DNA of 64,000 nucleotides. Source: Hormiphora californensis (lineage: Eukaryota; Animalia; Ctenophora). Of the stretch, positions 51,401 through 64,000 are shown piece by piece. The notes under the pieces were generated by a model. It saw nothing but the letters and a program-made list of their open reading frames with translations. It was not told the DNA's origin and made no database searches. The first letter of the stretch is position 1. Every line of letters starts with the position of its first letter. The position numbers were made by a program, and so were the translations under genes. The stretch covers positions 2,728,001-2,792,000 of the forward strand of contig CM035361.1 of assembly GCA_020137815.1 (NCBI GenBank). Reading direction: 5' to 3'.

Positions 51401-54094
51401 CAGTCGGAGCCCGATTTACCGGTCGTTTATGATTCGCTGACAAACAATTTTATTTTGTAGAGCCATTTATCATTTACATTATTCCAGGAACAATTGTGAC
51501 GCTCACATGTGATGATAATTACACTCCTGAAAACCCCGACTCTAACAATCCAAAAACAACAACGGCAACTTGCGAAGAAGGCCAATGGAGTCCGGAAATT
51601 AAATGTGTTGAAGGTAAAAGCGAGACGACATGTTTTGACGATTTGATAAGCGATTTGATAAGCGTTTTAAAGAGTAGGGAATGTTTGGCAAACAAAACTG
51701 AAATCTGAAATCTAACAGAACACTTCCTTCAGATCCCTACTGCGAAAGTGAAGGAATACCAAACGCAAAAGGAGGTTTCCCGAACACTTACGAAGGTGGT
51801 ACAGTTTCTAAAACATCGATTCACTGCAACGATGATTTCACTCTGGTTTCGGATGTAGATGAGTGGACATGTAATAGCATGGGTACTGAAAAGACCCTTC
51901 AGTGGGATCCGCAAACGATTCCTACTTGCATAGAAAGTAAGTGACTAACGAAAGGTGTTTGAATAATTTCTCCAAAAATTATCAATCTGGTTCTTACCCT
52001 CAAGACTGAAGGCCTTACAGCTAAAAAATCTGCACGTGCCAAATTGAAACCAAACACTTTCCTTAGATGATTACTGCGATAGCAAAGACCTAGCAAACGC
52101 AACAAACGGCATACCGAAAAGATACGTAAGGTGGCAAAGTTTCCATTGGTTCAATTCGATGCAGTGATGGGTACAATGTTGTTTCGGATGTAGATGAGTG
52201 GACATGTAATAGCATGGGTACTGGTAGTAACAAGACCCTTCAGTGGGATCCGCAAACGTTTCCTACTTGCATAGAAAGTAAGCGAATAAACTTCTTTAGA
52301 TATTAAATGCTAAACCCATCCCTCTGGTTGAACATGCACGTGCCAAATTAAAATTTTAAAATTATTTTGTTTCAGTGTGTCCACTAAGACAGTTGACAGG
52401 ATATTCTTACTCTGTTTCTGATGAATATGTTGCAGATGGTAAGCATTCATACTTAGATCTAAGATTTTGGGGAGCCATTAACAAAAAACCAAAAGTGTAG
52501 TTTTCAAGTACACGCTAATTATCCGCTGACAAACAATTTTATCTTGTTAGGGCATTTATAAAAATTTATTTCAGGGACTACTATAACGCTAACATGTGAT
52601 GATAATTACACTCCTGAAAACCCCGACTCTAACAATCCAAAAACAACAACGGCAACTTGCGAAGAAGGCCAATGGATACCGGAAATTAAATGTATTGAAG
52701 GTAAAAGTTAGACGTCGCAGAGACAAAAATAAATGTTTCTTACATGCAAAACTGAAACCGAACTCTAACAGCCACATTCCACAGATTCTTACTGCCAAAG
52801 CAAAACAATACCAAACGCAAAAACAAATATCCCGAAAAGTTACGAGGGTGTCACAGTTTTGAAAACATCGATTCAATGCAACGATGATTTTACTCTTATT
52901 TCCGATGCTGGGAGTGTAGATAAGTGGACATGTAAAATGATGGATTTGGGTTCTGAAAAGACTCTTCAGTGGGACCCAAAAACTTTTCCTACTTGCAAAG
53001 AAAGTAAGTGATTAATGATAAAGATCTCCAAGTATAAAAGCGGTAAAGCCATCCCCTTAGCTTATTCTTAAGACTGGTGAAATTTTTAGCGGAATGCCTC
53101 ACAACTAATACAGCTGAAAATTGAAATCGAAATCTAATTCGGCACACCTTCCTCAGATGATTACTGCTACCGCTTTTATATGCCAAACGCAAAAACAAAT
53201 ATCCCGCCAAAAACATACGAAGGTGGTACGGCTTCAAAAACATCAATCCAATGCAAAAATGATTTCACTCTTGTTTCGAGTGTGGATGAGTGGACATGTA
53301 ATAGGGATAATTTCGAGGGATCCCTTCAGTGGAAACCACAAACACATCCCGACTGCATAGAAAGTAAGTGACAAATGATACGTTAATAAATTTCTCCAGG
53401 CATAAAAGTTTAAAGTACTAAACCCATCCCTTTGGCTTAGTGACTAGTTAAAGATAGAGCTGTGATCAGCCTTCGAAGGCCTTATAACCGCTTGCCTAGC
53501 TAGACTATGTTTCGCTCGCACCCTTCTTTAGAAATGTAAAGGAGGGTTAGAACATAACAAGCAACTGTACGTGTCAAATTAAAACTGAAATTTAACAGAA
53601 TGTAACCACTTTAGATGCCTTCTGCAACAAGCCGATACCAAGCGAAAGAATACGCTTCCCAAAAACATACGGAGGCGGCACAGTTCACATTGACACAATT
53701 CAATGCAAAGATGGGTACACTCTTATTTCGAATGTGGGTGTAGACGAGTGGACATGTGAAACGGATGCATCAGGGAATCTACAGTGGAATCCGCAAGATT
53801 TTTCTAATATAATATGTATAGAAAGTAAGCAAACACGACTGAAAATGACTGAAAATGACTGAAATTGACTGAAAATGACTGAAACTACCTAATCAGAAAC
53901 ATAATCATAATCACATGATCATATATTACAACACCGACACAATTCCCCTAGAACCGTTTTTAAGTAGTAGTCTTAACTCAGATATGATGCGAATATATAC
54001 ATAATGTGACAAACGAATGTAGCACATTATATCAAACTACTCATAATTTACAGACACCATGTATTATCAGCAAACTAAACAAATCAAGCAGTAG
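48446..54094 (+). CDS. Secreted multi-CCP family copy B: signal + N-CCP + A-B-A-B-A-B-B-A-B-B-B modules (~12 CCP-like domains); three B exons carry 1-bp frameshifts
   Basis: All introns are phase 1. A = split module (CPLRQLTGYSYSVSDEY..G|TxxTLTCxDNYTP..TC..G.W.P..KC.E). B = single exon (D.YC..N....PK.YEGG....I.CND.(F/Y)TL....W.C......LQWDPQT.PTC.E). The 4-Cys + Trp sushi pattern is kept; no TM found; terminal exon uncertain. Confidence 0.8.
49503..49673. mobile_element. CAGTCGG MITE, TA TSD
   Basis: TIRs and subrepeats. Confidence 0.9.
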
Positions 54095-54391
54095 GGGATA
54101 ACAAGATCTCGAGAAGATCGGAGAGCAAGGCCACTGGTCATTGACCAGATGTTCAGAGAGGTTTTTTAGTAGAAGTCAAAGGGACTGTTGCTGAGCTGTT
54201 GCTATTATGTTAGCAATAGGTATCATACATTCTAACAAACATTTCCATCAAATCGACAGTATGGGCTAGCCTTTAGCTACACAGCAGATTCATTATTCAA
54301 CTTTTATATTTTTGTAGCAGCTTTCCAGAACACATTCTCCACCTTGCTCGGGAATAATATTCTCTGTAACGACCAGACTACAACGGTGATA

Positions 54392-55895
54392 CAGTCGGAC
54401 CCCGATTTAACGGCCCCCGATTTAGCGGCACCCCGATTTAACGGCAGCCTAATCTTCCCCCGATATGGAAAATTAATAATAATAATAATAATAACAGAAT
54501 TTATATACACGCTCAGACCCCGTAGGGTACCAGAATCCAAAAAACACTAGTACTACGGAGCTTCAGAGCGGTTCACCTCTGTATATAAAACCTAAAACTC
54601 TAGATAAACTATAGAAACAAAAAAAAATTCCATCTAGTAAAAAGTCCGGTGCTTAGATGCTCAAAGTCCTGTCACAAAACCCAAGTCAAAATCATAAACA
54701 CAAACATAGCAACACAGTTCAATACGCTCACATTCACGCCCTCACACCTCCACCTCCATAACCTTGCCTCCTCGGATCCCAAAGGTTTTGCCTGGAGCCG
54801 CCGCCTTCCTCTCCTTCAGCTCAGCCACCAACTTCCTCCTCTCCTCTCTCTCCTCCGGGGAACGGTCTGGGGAGATGTACAGATCTTTGTACCTATCCGA
54901 CTTCTTCAGACCACTTTTGCGGGACAGGATCAGATCTCGAAATTCACGGCCAGACAGGCGCAGTTTAACAGGTCGGTCAGTACCCTCCTTGTACCTTCCG
55001 AGACGCTGTAAACACTAGTCACACATTCACCCATGTAGTCGAAAACTCCACAAACTGAATGTTCCAGATCTTTACTACTTTCACTGGGATCATCAAATAG
55101 TCCATGGACAATCACGTTACTTGTCCTGTCCTCTGTAGCACTCGTTATTGCAGTACGAATACGTTTCGGAGCTAGAGCACTGTCACAACTCTTTTTCAGA
55201 ACCGAGGAAAACGTCTTTATCTCCTCTTCAGCAATAGACTGCACAGCAGTAATCTCCTTATCTCGCTTCCCTAACAACTCACACTGCAATTTAACCAGCT
55301 GTCCCTGGGCCTCCACCAGTGCTCGCTGAGAAACAATCAGCTCATCTTGACTATCCAATAGTTTCCTCTCACTTTCCTCAACTTCGTTACTCAGACGGTC
55401 GAGCAACGGGTAACACCTCTCCATCAGGAAACGGCACACTTTCTCAGTGAAATCCTCCAGTTCTGGCTTCTTAATTCCTTTGATCTTACTCTTGCTCGGA
55501 CACTTCAGGCTATCCCACACACTACGTCCGGCAGTCAAACTCTTCGGGAAGGAATCCTTAATACCAGCATGTGTAAACAGGTCCCGTACCAGGTCAAATA
55601 ACTCGCCCTGCACTTCACCATACACACCTCTCTGTACCCTTTCATCACTATAGACTCTCAGCTGGTCTTTGAAACTACAAGCAGAGGCTGTACTACCACT
55701 CATAGCAGGAGAGATAGATATCTCACAATTAGAGAGATTCACAACGGTTCACAAGCAAAACAGAGATAAGGGAGCTCTGACCAAATGTGATGTGAGAACT
55801 GAAATTAACATTATTTGACCCCGATTTAGCGGACACCCCGATTTAGCAGACAAAATCCTTTCCCCCGAGGGTGCCGTTAAATCGGGGTCCGACTG
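54392..55895. mobile_element. CAGTCGG MITE (TA TSD) interrupted by a retroelement
   Basis: Absent at the paralogous site ~18328; MITE halves at 54392-54476 and 55802-55895. Confidence 0.9.
54477..55801 (-). mobile_element. ORF1-only non-autonomous LINE (CR1/L2-type ORF1, 55703-54742, one frameshift near 55005) with a (TTA)n tail
   Basis: Coiled coil; EDRTSNVIVHGL; RLGRYK..RPVK; YISPDRSPEEREERRKLVAELK..IRGGKV*; ~265-bp 3' UTR ending in a TTA repeat; AAATTAA duplicated at both ends; no endonuclease or RT. Confidence 0.8.
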
Positions 55896-56185
55896 TATTT
55901 ATTGAATTAGAATCCAGAATTAGGAATTTGGACCCACGGCCACCTTCACATGTTCTACCTATAACATGACGTGTAGCAAGTAAGTTGGTTGATTGTACTA
56001 GCATTGCGGATGAACAACACAACACGTTGACGTCTCCTTGTATTTCAGTGTGCCATTTGCTAACAAATTTCGTTTGGTTTTCAGGTATTATTAAATTTGG
56101 TCAACGCGAACGCTCTAAGCAGAGCCTACCAGTCATCTCAATTCTCAAGTTTCGCAGCATCTACCACCCATCATCACTCTCCTAA

Positions 56186-56296
<111 letters not shown>

Positions 56297-56544
56297 AGCA
56301 GCTCATATGTGAAGAGAGAGAAGGAAAGCTTGGCTGCCGAGAGAAAGGAACATTCTGATCCCATTATTAACTCATAGCTGAGGAACATTGAGCACAAAAA
56401 CAGCTTATGTTTTAGCTAGGATATTAAGATTAGGATAAAAGGGGAATTCGGAACAGATTTTCCATCAGACCATATTCCCGTGTTCTGATGCATTACATTA
56501 ACTGTTCCACTGCTTTTTTGCGAGACAAACCATTCCTTCATGTA

Positions 56545-56733
56545 CAGTCGGACCCCGATTTACCGGGATGCTCGGGGGAAAGGGTTTTGCCCGGTAAATC
56601 GGGGTGCCCGGTAAATCGGGGTAGCTAGTATATTGGGGTCAAATAACGTTACTTTCCTATATCGGGGGAAGTATTTCCTTCCGGTAAATCGGGGTTCCGG
56701 TAAATCGAGGCCCGGTAAATCGGGGTCCGATTG
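56545..56733. mobile_element. CAGTCGG MITE shared with 18855-19043
   Basis: Same flanks and near-identical sequence. Confidence 0.9.
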
Positions 56734-57643
56734 TACATAGTTTGAATTATTTTGTCTTACAAACAAATTTCAGAATCACTAGTTGGGTTATATCAGTATA
56801 TACACAGTAATCAGTGATTACTAATCACGACACGATTTAATATTTCTCTTGATAGGTGTAAGCGCTGTCTATAACAGCCCTCCGCTATCTGGCTCTATTG
56901 TACAGGGAAATTTATCTTTATATCTATATTATGTGTGTCTATATCTACGCGTGTTTGTGTCCCTGTATTGTAGACCTTTTAGTTTGAAAATCAAATCATT
57001 ATAATAAATTGAAAACAGCTAGAATTTAGTACACAAAACCGTTTTCAAATACCATGTTCCCTCTACTGCAAGCAGCACTGTTAGTGTCGGCCATCGCATC
57101 CAGGGTATGAAATATCATCACATTACTATGAGCCAGAGTTGTAGAATGGCCTACAACTCTGGCAAATTGATTCTATGAGTCAGAGTCGATAAGTAATCAG
57201 AAGAGGATTAGTCATTTAGTCACTGATCTTTCGGTCCTTTCCACAATTACAATTTACCACATTTTGATTCAAAATCTTTTTCCGTTATTTATCTAGATAA
57301 ATATAAAACAGCTGTTTCTATTTCTAATTTCCTTATTCTGCCCTGTGAGGGTTTGCTCTCCCCCGCTATACTGCCAGATTCAATAAAATCACGAGGAGAA
57401 TGAGATGGAGGGAGGGAGGGAGGGAGAGAGAAATAGAGAGACGGAGAGATAGATGGATAAAGATGAGGAAAAAATGAGAGATTTGAAGATCATCGAGAAT
57501 CGGGAAAACTGGACTGTTATAGCGAGAGAGTGGCTACTGCATGTGCAGTAGAGGGAGGGAGGGAGAGAAAGACAAAGCAAGATAGATAAAGAGAGAGCGA
57601 GAGATAGAGAGAGAGAGATAGATAGAGAGAGAGATAGAGAGAG

Positions 57644-57712
<69 letters not shown>

Positions 57713-58622
57713 TAGTGAGAGAGAGAGAGAGAGAGCGAGAAAGATAGATAGAGAGAAAGGGTAAGGGAGAGAAACAGGGGAAAAATCACTCTATAACAGC
57801 TCTCGAGATTCTCTTGCTCTGTGCCATTGCAATGCTCTATTATTATAGAACCAGTTCTTCACGATGCTCTCCCCTTCGTTCTAGCTCAGTTGAGCTTTAT
57901 TATATAACTCCTGTTTTTGCTCTAATATATAGTACAACCTCAGTCCCCTGCAGTTTATTTGGCGTTGCTACTGGCTTCATATTTACTTAAATAGTCTGTA
58001 GAAACACTAGCTGAAAAGGTTATTCAGAAAATTTCCGTGCAGTAAGGGGTTTTCAGACCACAGTCAGACACTAACTAGCTCCGGCTTTAGTTTATCGAGA
58101 TCGTCAAAAGAAAGTTAACAGTATTTGACATCGATTTAGCGGACACCCCGATTAAACGGATAAAAACCTTTCCCCCGAGGGTGCCGTTAAATCGGGGTCC
58201 AACTGTATATCCAAATTTATTAATCAACAAAATCCGTTAGCAATTTAGTGAAGAAAAACAACAACAGCAGCGGATAAGTAAAGTTTCCAACGGTTTCTGA
58301 TCATCTCAATCTCAAAGAGAAAGACTTGATCTGTTAAAAACAGGAGGGGATCTATCGTCTACCCGCTTAGGTACCTGATTGGTACAACAAGAACAACAAG
58401 AACAACGAGAACACCAACAAGAACAACAGGAACAATAAGAACAACAAGAACAACAACAGGAACAACAAGAACAAGAACAACAGGAACAACAAGAACAACA
58501 AGAACAACAGCGGATAAGTCTCCAACAGTTCCTGATCATCTCAGTCTTGAAGAGAGGGACCTGATCCAACAAGAGGAGATCTGCCCACTGTGGGTACCCA
58601 ATTGGTACTTCTCACAGCGAAA

Positions 58623-60630
58623 ATGAAACTGCTGATAAAGATGTTCATTTGGCTGGTGATGGTTATCAGCATAGCAGGTACGTAGTGGGTCAATCTTGTG
58701 ATTTATCAGTTGTTGTTAATTATTTAAATTGATTTAATTTATGTAATAATTTCGACACTGTCTTAGAAACCATGGAAAGTTGTGCAGAGCATTTCTTAGA
58801 ACAAAGGGATTACAACACATCTGCCATGGGAGTAGATACAGACTCAGATGCTAACAAAGGTAATATAATCATATCATCCATTTATGTGAAAACCATCGAT
58901 AATAAGATTTAATCCGGTTTCCGGTTTAATCCGGTTTCCGGTCGGCTGACGTAAAAACTCCGTGTTTTGGTCGAGATATTTTTAGAACAAATTTCTCCTC
59001 AGAGCAAAAATTCAACATCACATGTAAAGATGGATACAGTCTACCGATGGATGAGACAACAACAACCGTAACATGTAGTGCTGATGTTAGGGGAGAGTTT
59101 TCGTGGGGTTATGAATTACCAGAGTGTAAAACAAGTAAGTTGATATTACTGTTTTAGCTAATAATTACACTGACTCTGGCAATCCACAAAAAAACAACAG
59201 CAACTTGTTTAATTGTCAAGGAGGTTATCGGAACCCAGCAATGAAATATATTAAAGGTAACAGAACAAAGGTTATCCAGTTATAAAAGTATTTTAAAAAC
59301 ATGTTTCATGGTGTCTCCCGAGGAGAAACCAATCATCAGTATTAATGGTTCATATTAATAATTTTTTATTTCAGTGTGTCCAATAAGTCAGTTGACAGGA
59401 TATTCTTACTCTGTTTCTGATGAATATGTTGCACATGGTAAGTATTCATGAATACGGACCCCGATTTACCAGAATCCTCGAGAGAAGCTATTTTGTAAAG
59501 GTCAAATAGTTTTCAAGTACAGATTCAAGAACTGCTGACAAAATAATTTTATTTTTAGGGGCAATTACAATTATTTGCCTCATTTCAGGAACTATCGTGA
59601 CACTCACGTGTGAAAATAATTACACTCCTGAAAACCCTGACTCTGACAATCCACAAGAAACAACAGCAACTTGTGGAGGGGGCATTTGGGATCCAGAAAT
59701 GAAGTGTATTGAAGGTAACAGAACATAATTTAGGTATAAAAGTACTAAACCTATTCTCGTGGTTCATTCTCAAGACTGATAATATGTGTAGATGTATACG
59801 TTACAACTAATATAGCTGAAAACTGAAATCTAATAGCACACCTTCCTCAGATGCTTACTGCAACCGCTTTGATATAACAAACGTAAAAACAAACATCCCG
59901 TTAAAAACATACGAAAGTGGTACAGTTCACATTGACACAATTCAATGCAATGATGGTTTCACTCTTGTTACGGTTTGGAATGTAGATAAGTGGACATGTA
60001 GTAAGAATAATGGAGGGACCCTTCAGTGGGATCCTGAAACTATACCCTCTTGCATAGAAAGTAAGTGAACAAGATGAGACATCTCTTAGAGAATTAAGAT
60101 TACATAATTGATTTCACGAATTAACTCTCTGATACTAAATTTAATTTTAGACTGTGACGATGTTATTGTGGACAATTCAGAATATGGAACTTACCAAGGG
60201 GCAAGCCCGTACCAAGAACTGAAAGAAATAAAGTGCAAAAACCATTTTTCAAGACACGGTAAGTGTACCATTAGGGCAAACCGTGAAAATTAATTCAAAA
60301 ATATTTGAAGCGCCTATAGTTGTTATTGATAGTTATTACTTTTCAGGATCCGCCGTTTTGTCATGCCAGGTTACCGATTCTACAGCCCAATACAATACAT
60401 CCGAACCGACGTGCGAAAGAGTCAGTAAGTATAATGTACCGTAAACTTAGTACAATCAAACCGCAATTCACTGGACCTCTTCCGGTTTACCGAATTTCTC
60501 GGCGAAGAGTCTTCCCCGAGGAATTTGGTAAATTGAGGCTTGACTGTATGATATCGCAACCTTGTAAAATTATGCGAAATCTGTCGATTCTGTATTATGA
60601 AGTGCAGTTTATGTTTCTAATACAGTCTAA
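58623..60630 (+). CDS. Secreted multi-CCP family copy C: signal + N-CCP + A + B + C-terminal CCP; appears intact
   Basis: MKLLIKMFIWLVMVISIA|ETMESCAEHFLEQRDYNTSAMG..|..FNITCKDGYSLP..TC..W..LPECK|CPISQLTGY..|TLTCENNYTP..|DAYCNRF..|CDDVIVDNSEYG..C..RHG|SAVLSC..PTCERV; terminal exon uncertain. Confidence 0.8.
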
Positions 60631-61193
60631 AAATGGGAAATTTGTACCAGTTCTGGTGAACTGGTTGACAGACGAGACAAAAAACACAAATCAAGATGAC
60701 AAACTTGTTGTTGTTTGTTTCTGTAATTGGAAGTAACGTGTGTGTTTATCTGTGACAACCAGAATTGCAGGGAATTCTGGTTGTAATTTGTCTAACGTGT
60801 CCAAGTTCTACACGACGAAATTTCTTAATAAAAAAGTTCAGGAAGTAATTTCGATATTCTTCACTACCCTGAAATCCGGTGAAAGGTCTCACAATTGATC
60901 AAACATGCATCATGTAAAACAGCTGATAGGATAAATTTGTACCTGCGATGGACAGCTCGATGACATCCGCTGAACTTCACATTGTAGGTAGGTAAATCTT
61001 AATATTTTCCTTTTTTCCTGTAAACCTTATCTTTAATGAGGCGATCTCAAACCATATGATCGCACAACATTTCATTTTTTGTGGTTTCCCTGCGGTTTGG
61101 CATATAAATTCTATGTGTACTCTCCCTCACCATGCTTTAACCAACTCAAACGTTTTATCCGTGGTTTAACATTTAAATTGTTTGTTGGGTATT

Positions 61194-61317
<124 letters not shown>

Positions 61318-61667
61318 AACATCTTTATCCCTTGCTTGAGCTGTAACGTTTGAATACCATTAAATCTATCCCTATCATCCCTTATCTCACACTATTAAAC
61401 ACAAGATTCTCTCCAGGCAAACAACGATTAAACACGTGTCACACTCCATTCCTCCCTCTCTAGTCACACTCTATCTTCTCTAAGCCTTGTGGGTTATTTT
61501 TCTTTTATCAAGTTAGATTTATTTGTTATCTACCCGAATTCCTTTCAAATAATTGCTTTAATTTTGAATCTCAATTACAGAGATGTAAAGTTGAAAACAA
61601 ACGGGAGCCACGACTAGAGAGGTTCGAGCAAGGCAAAGCTGCCCATCAGTGGCTTAGTATTTCCAAG

Positions 61668-63903
61668 ATGGGTCTCGTTCCTATTCTCTATCTCCTGATA
61701 CTCATCAGAAAAGCAGGTGAGTAGTGTGGTTTTTATCTTCCGTCCATTTACCTATTTGGGACTTTTTATGGATGAAACTGCTGATAGAGATGTCCATTTG
61801 TATGGTGATGGTTATTCAGCATAGCTGACCTACTATACGTGGTGGGCCCAGGGCTACTCATCATTTAATCAGTTATTAAAAAGTTGTTATTCAACGTATC
61901 AATTGATTTGATTTTTGTAACTACATATTTCCACACTAGCTGTCTTTGAAACCAAGGCAAATGATTGTAAATCGGATTTGTTAGATGGACGGAATTACAA
62001 CACGTCAGCTATGAGAGTACATGTAGACCCAGATGATAACAAAGGTAACATTATTCATCTAGGTGAAAACCAGCGATAAAATATTGTGCAATATTGCGAA
62101 AAACGCAGTCTAAAGTGCGTTTCAAACGACTTGACCTGAGATTCCTGGAAATTCAGGATTTCCCCTTTGTAAATACACGCGCAATGCGCCAAATTCCAAG
62201 AATTACGGGTCAAGTCGCTTGAAACGGACTTTAGCTATAGCTAGACTGTGCTTTTCGCGCCTGCCCTTTGTATTTGCAAAGGAGGGAGAGAACATAACAA
62301 AGTTATTATAGTGCTACAGAATGTATAGTACTGGGCCAGTACTACTGGCTCTTATAAATTTTACACCTCAAATTTATTGTATACAATATATTTTTAGAAC
62401 AAATTTCTCCTCAGATCAAACATTCAACATCACATGTAACGCTGAACACAGTCTACCGATGGATACAATAACAACAACTGTGTCATGTAGTCTTGAAAAG
62501 ACAGCTGATGACAGTCTTGAAAGGTGGAGCTGGAATGCAAATGAGTATAAATCTTTACCAAAGTGTAAAGCAAGTAAGTTGATATTCCTGTTTTAGCTAA
62601 TAATCACACTGCTAAAGTACCGGACTCTTATAATATAAAAAACAACAGCAACTTGTCAAGGAGGTTATTGGAATCCAGAAATGAAATGTATTAAAGGTAA
62701 CAGAACAAAGGTTATCCAGTTATAAAAGTGATGATGAAACAATATCAACTTGTCCAACGTTATAAACATGTTAAATTACATGATTCATGATGTATTACAA
62801 GGAGACACCAATTATCAGTATCAATGGTTCATTTTAATGTTTTTTGTTTCAGTGTGTCCACTATATCGGTTGACAGGATACTTTTACTCTGTTTCTGATG
62901 AATATGTTGCAGATGGTAAGTTTTCATGAATATAGTCGGACCCCGATTTACCGGGGTCCTCGGGAGAAGCTATTTTGTACATAACAGGTCAAATAGTTTT
63001 CAAGTACAGATTTATGATCTGGTGAAAAAAAAAAAGATTTTGTAGGGGCAATTACAATTATTTGCCTCATTTCAGGAACTATCGTGACACTCACATGTGG
63101 TGATAATTACACTCCTGAAAACCATGACTCTTATAATCCAAATACAACAACATCAACCTGTGGAGCGGGCGTTTGGAATCCAGGAATGAAGTGTAATGAA
63201 GGTAATAGAACAAATGTTGTCCAGCTAAACCTATTCTCGTGGTTCATTCTCAAGACTGATGAAATGTGTTAATAGTAACACAGCTGAAAACCGAAAGCTA
63301 ACAGCATACCCTCCACAGATGCTTATTGCGAAAGCAAAACAATAGCAAACGCAACAACAAGCATCCCGAAAACATACGAAGATGGCACAGTTTCCATAGA
63401 GACAATTCATTGCAACGATGGGTACACTCTTGTTTCGGAAGGGAGTGTAGATAAGTGGACATGTAATGAAGGGGATAATGAAGGGACCCTTCAGTGGGAT
63501 CCTCAATCTTTTCCCTCTTGCATAGAAAGTAAGTAAACGAACTGAACTTCTTCTTCGCCCGTAGATGTACATGTGTCGTTCATTATTGGTGGATTTCACG
63601 ATTGAACCGAATCTGAACATTTGACTTTCATTTCAGATTGTGATGATGTGACTGTGAAAAACTCAGTTGATGGAACCTACCCAGGTGCAAGTCCGAATCA
63701 GCAACTGGAGATAACGTGCAAAAACCATTTTACTAGAATCGGTAAGTGTACTGGCACTGGAAAAGTTATTTAAATAATTGGCCAAAAAGTCCTAAATGAT
63801 TAATTAAATTCATACTTTTCAGGATCAGCAACTTTGTCATGCGAGGTGCAAGATTCTCTAACCGTTAATTATAATCCATCCCCACCGACGTGCAAGAGAG
63901 TCA
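61668..63903 (+). CDS. Secreted multi-CCP family copy D (replacement signal exon; runs off the window end)
   Basis: MGLVPILYLLILIRKA (61668-61716); exon 2 at 61940-62044; then N-CCP, A, B and C exons in frame up to 63903. Confidence 0.78.
62100..62255. mobile_element. Small imperfect-palindrome MITE in an intron of copy D
   Basis: GTTTCAAACGACTTGACC..GGTCAAGTCGCTTGAAAC inverted repeats. Confidence 0.6.
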
Positions 63904-64000
63904 GTAAGTGTGTATATTGTAAACCAAATCACGTCGATTCTACTGACATACATATTACCAAACATACGACCGTGATATGCATAGAACTCTGTGCATAGAA

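Noticed and set aside
54054-54220. Additional Cys-containing domain at the end of copy B
   Set aside because: That frame is out of phase with the previous exon and has stops in both paralogous copies.
58312-58572. Cys-rich metallothionein-like ORF (CCSCCS)
   Set aside because: Antisense reading of a (CAACAAGAA)n microsatellite upstream of copy C.

Overview
Intron-rich, repeat-dense animal genomic DNA, probably from a ctenophore (inference: I recognise the CAGTCGGACCCCGATTTA and CCAATCAG/GGTCACGTGAC MITE families and the intronless GPCR style from Pleurobrachia-type genomes; not verified by a search). I spliced genes by hand using GT-AG boundaries and phase. (1) A multi-exon class-A GPCR (+, from 5652) that loses homology at the start of TM6. 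(2) A type-I membrane protein (-, 16526-8660): leishmanolysin/invadolysin M8 domain with HExxH changed to HQIFH, 2 CCP/sushi domains, TSP1, TM, and a PPxY/acidic tail. (3) A Rab22/31-like GTPase (-) truncated at its 3' end. (4) The 3' half of USP32 (-, 47189-33873, ending in CaaX). Its introns hold a secreted HEFAH zinc metalloprotease (+) and a frameshifted intronless GPCR. (5) Four copies (A-D) of a secreted multi-CCP gene family built from phase-1 modules, with conserved signal exon and introns but highly divergent mature exons; this is the best candidate for an undescribed recognition system. The block at ~17.7-27.6 kb duplicates ~53.7-61.6 kb. Also present: DNA-transposon MITEs/foldbacks with clear TSDs (Kolobok, hAT, MULE, Tc1/mariner), an ORF1-only non-autonomous LINE, intronic minisatellites made of RFX X-box palindromes, and repeated tandem duplications of splice junctions. 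Several stretches look like noisy, unpolished sequence, so frameshifts and junctions need read-level checking.
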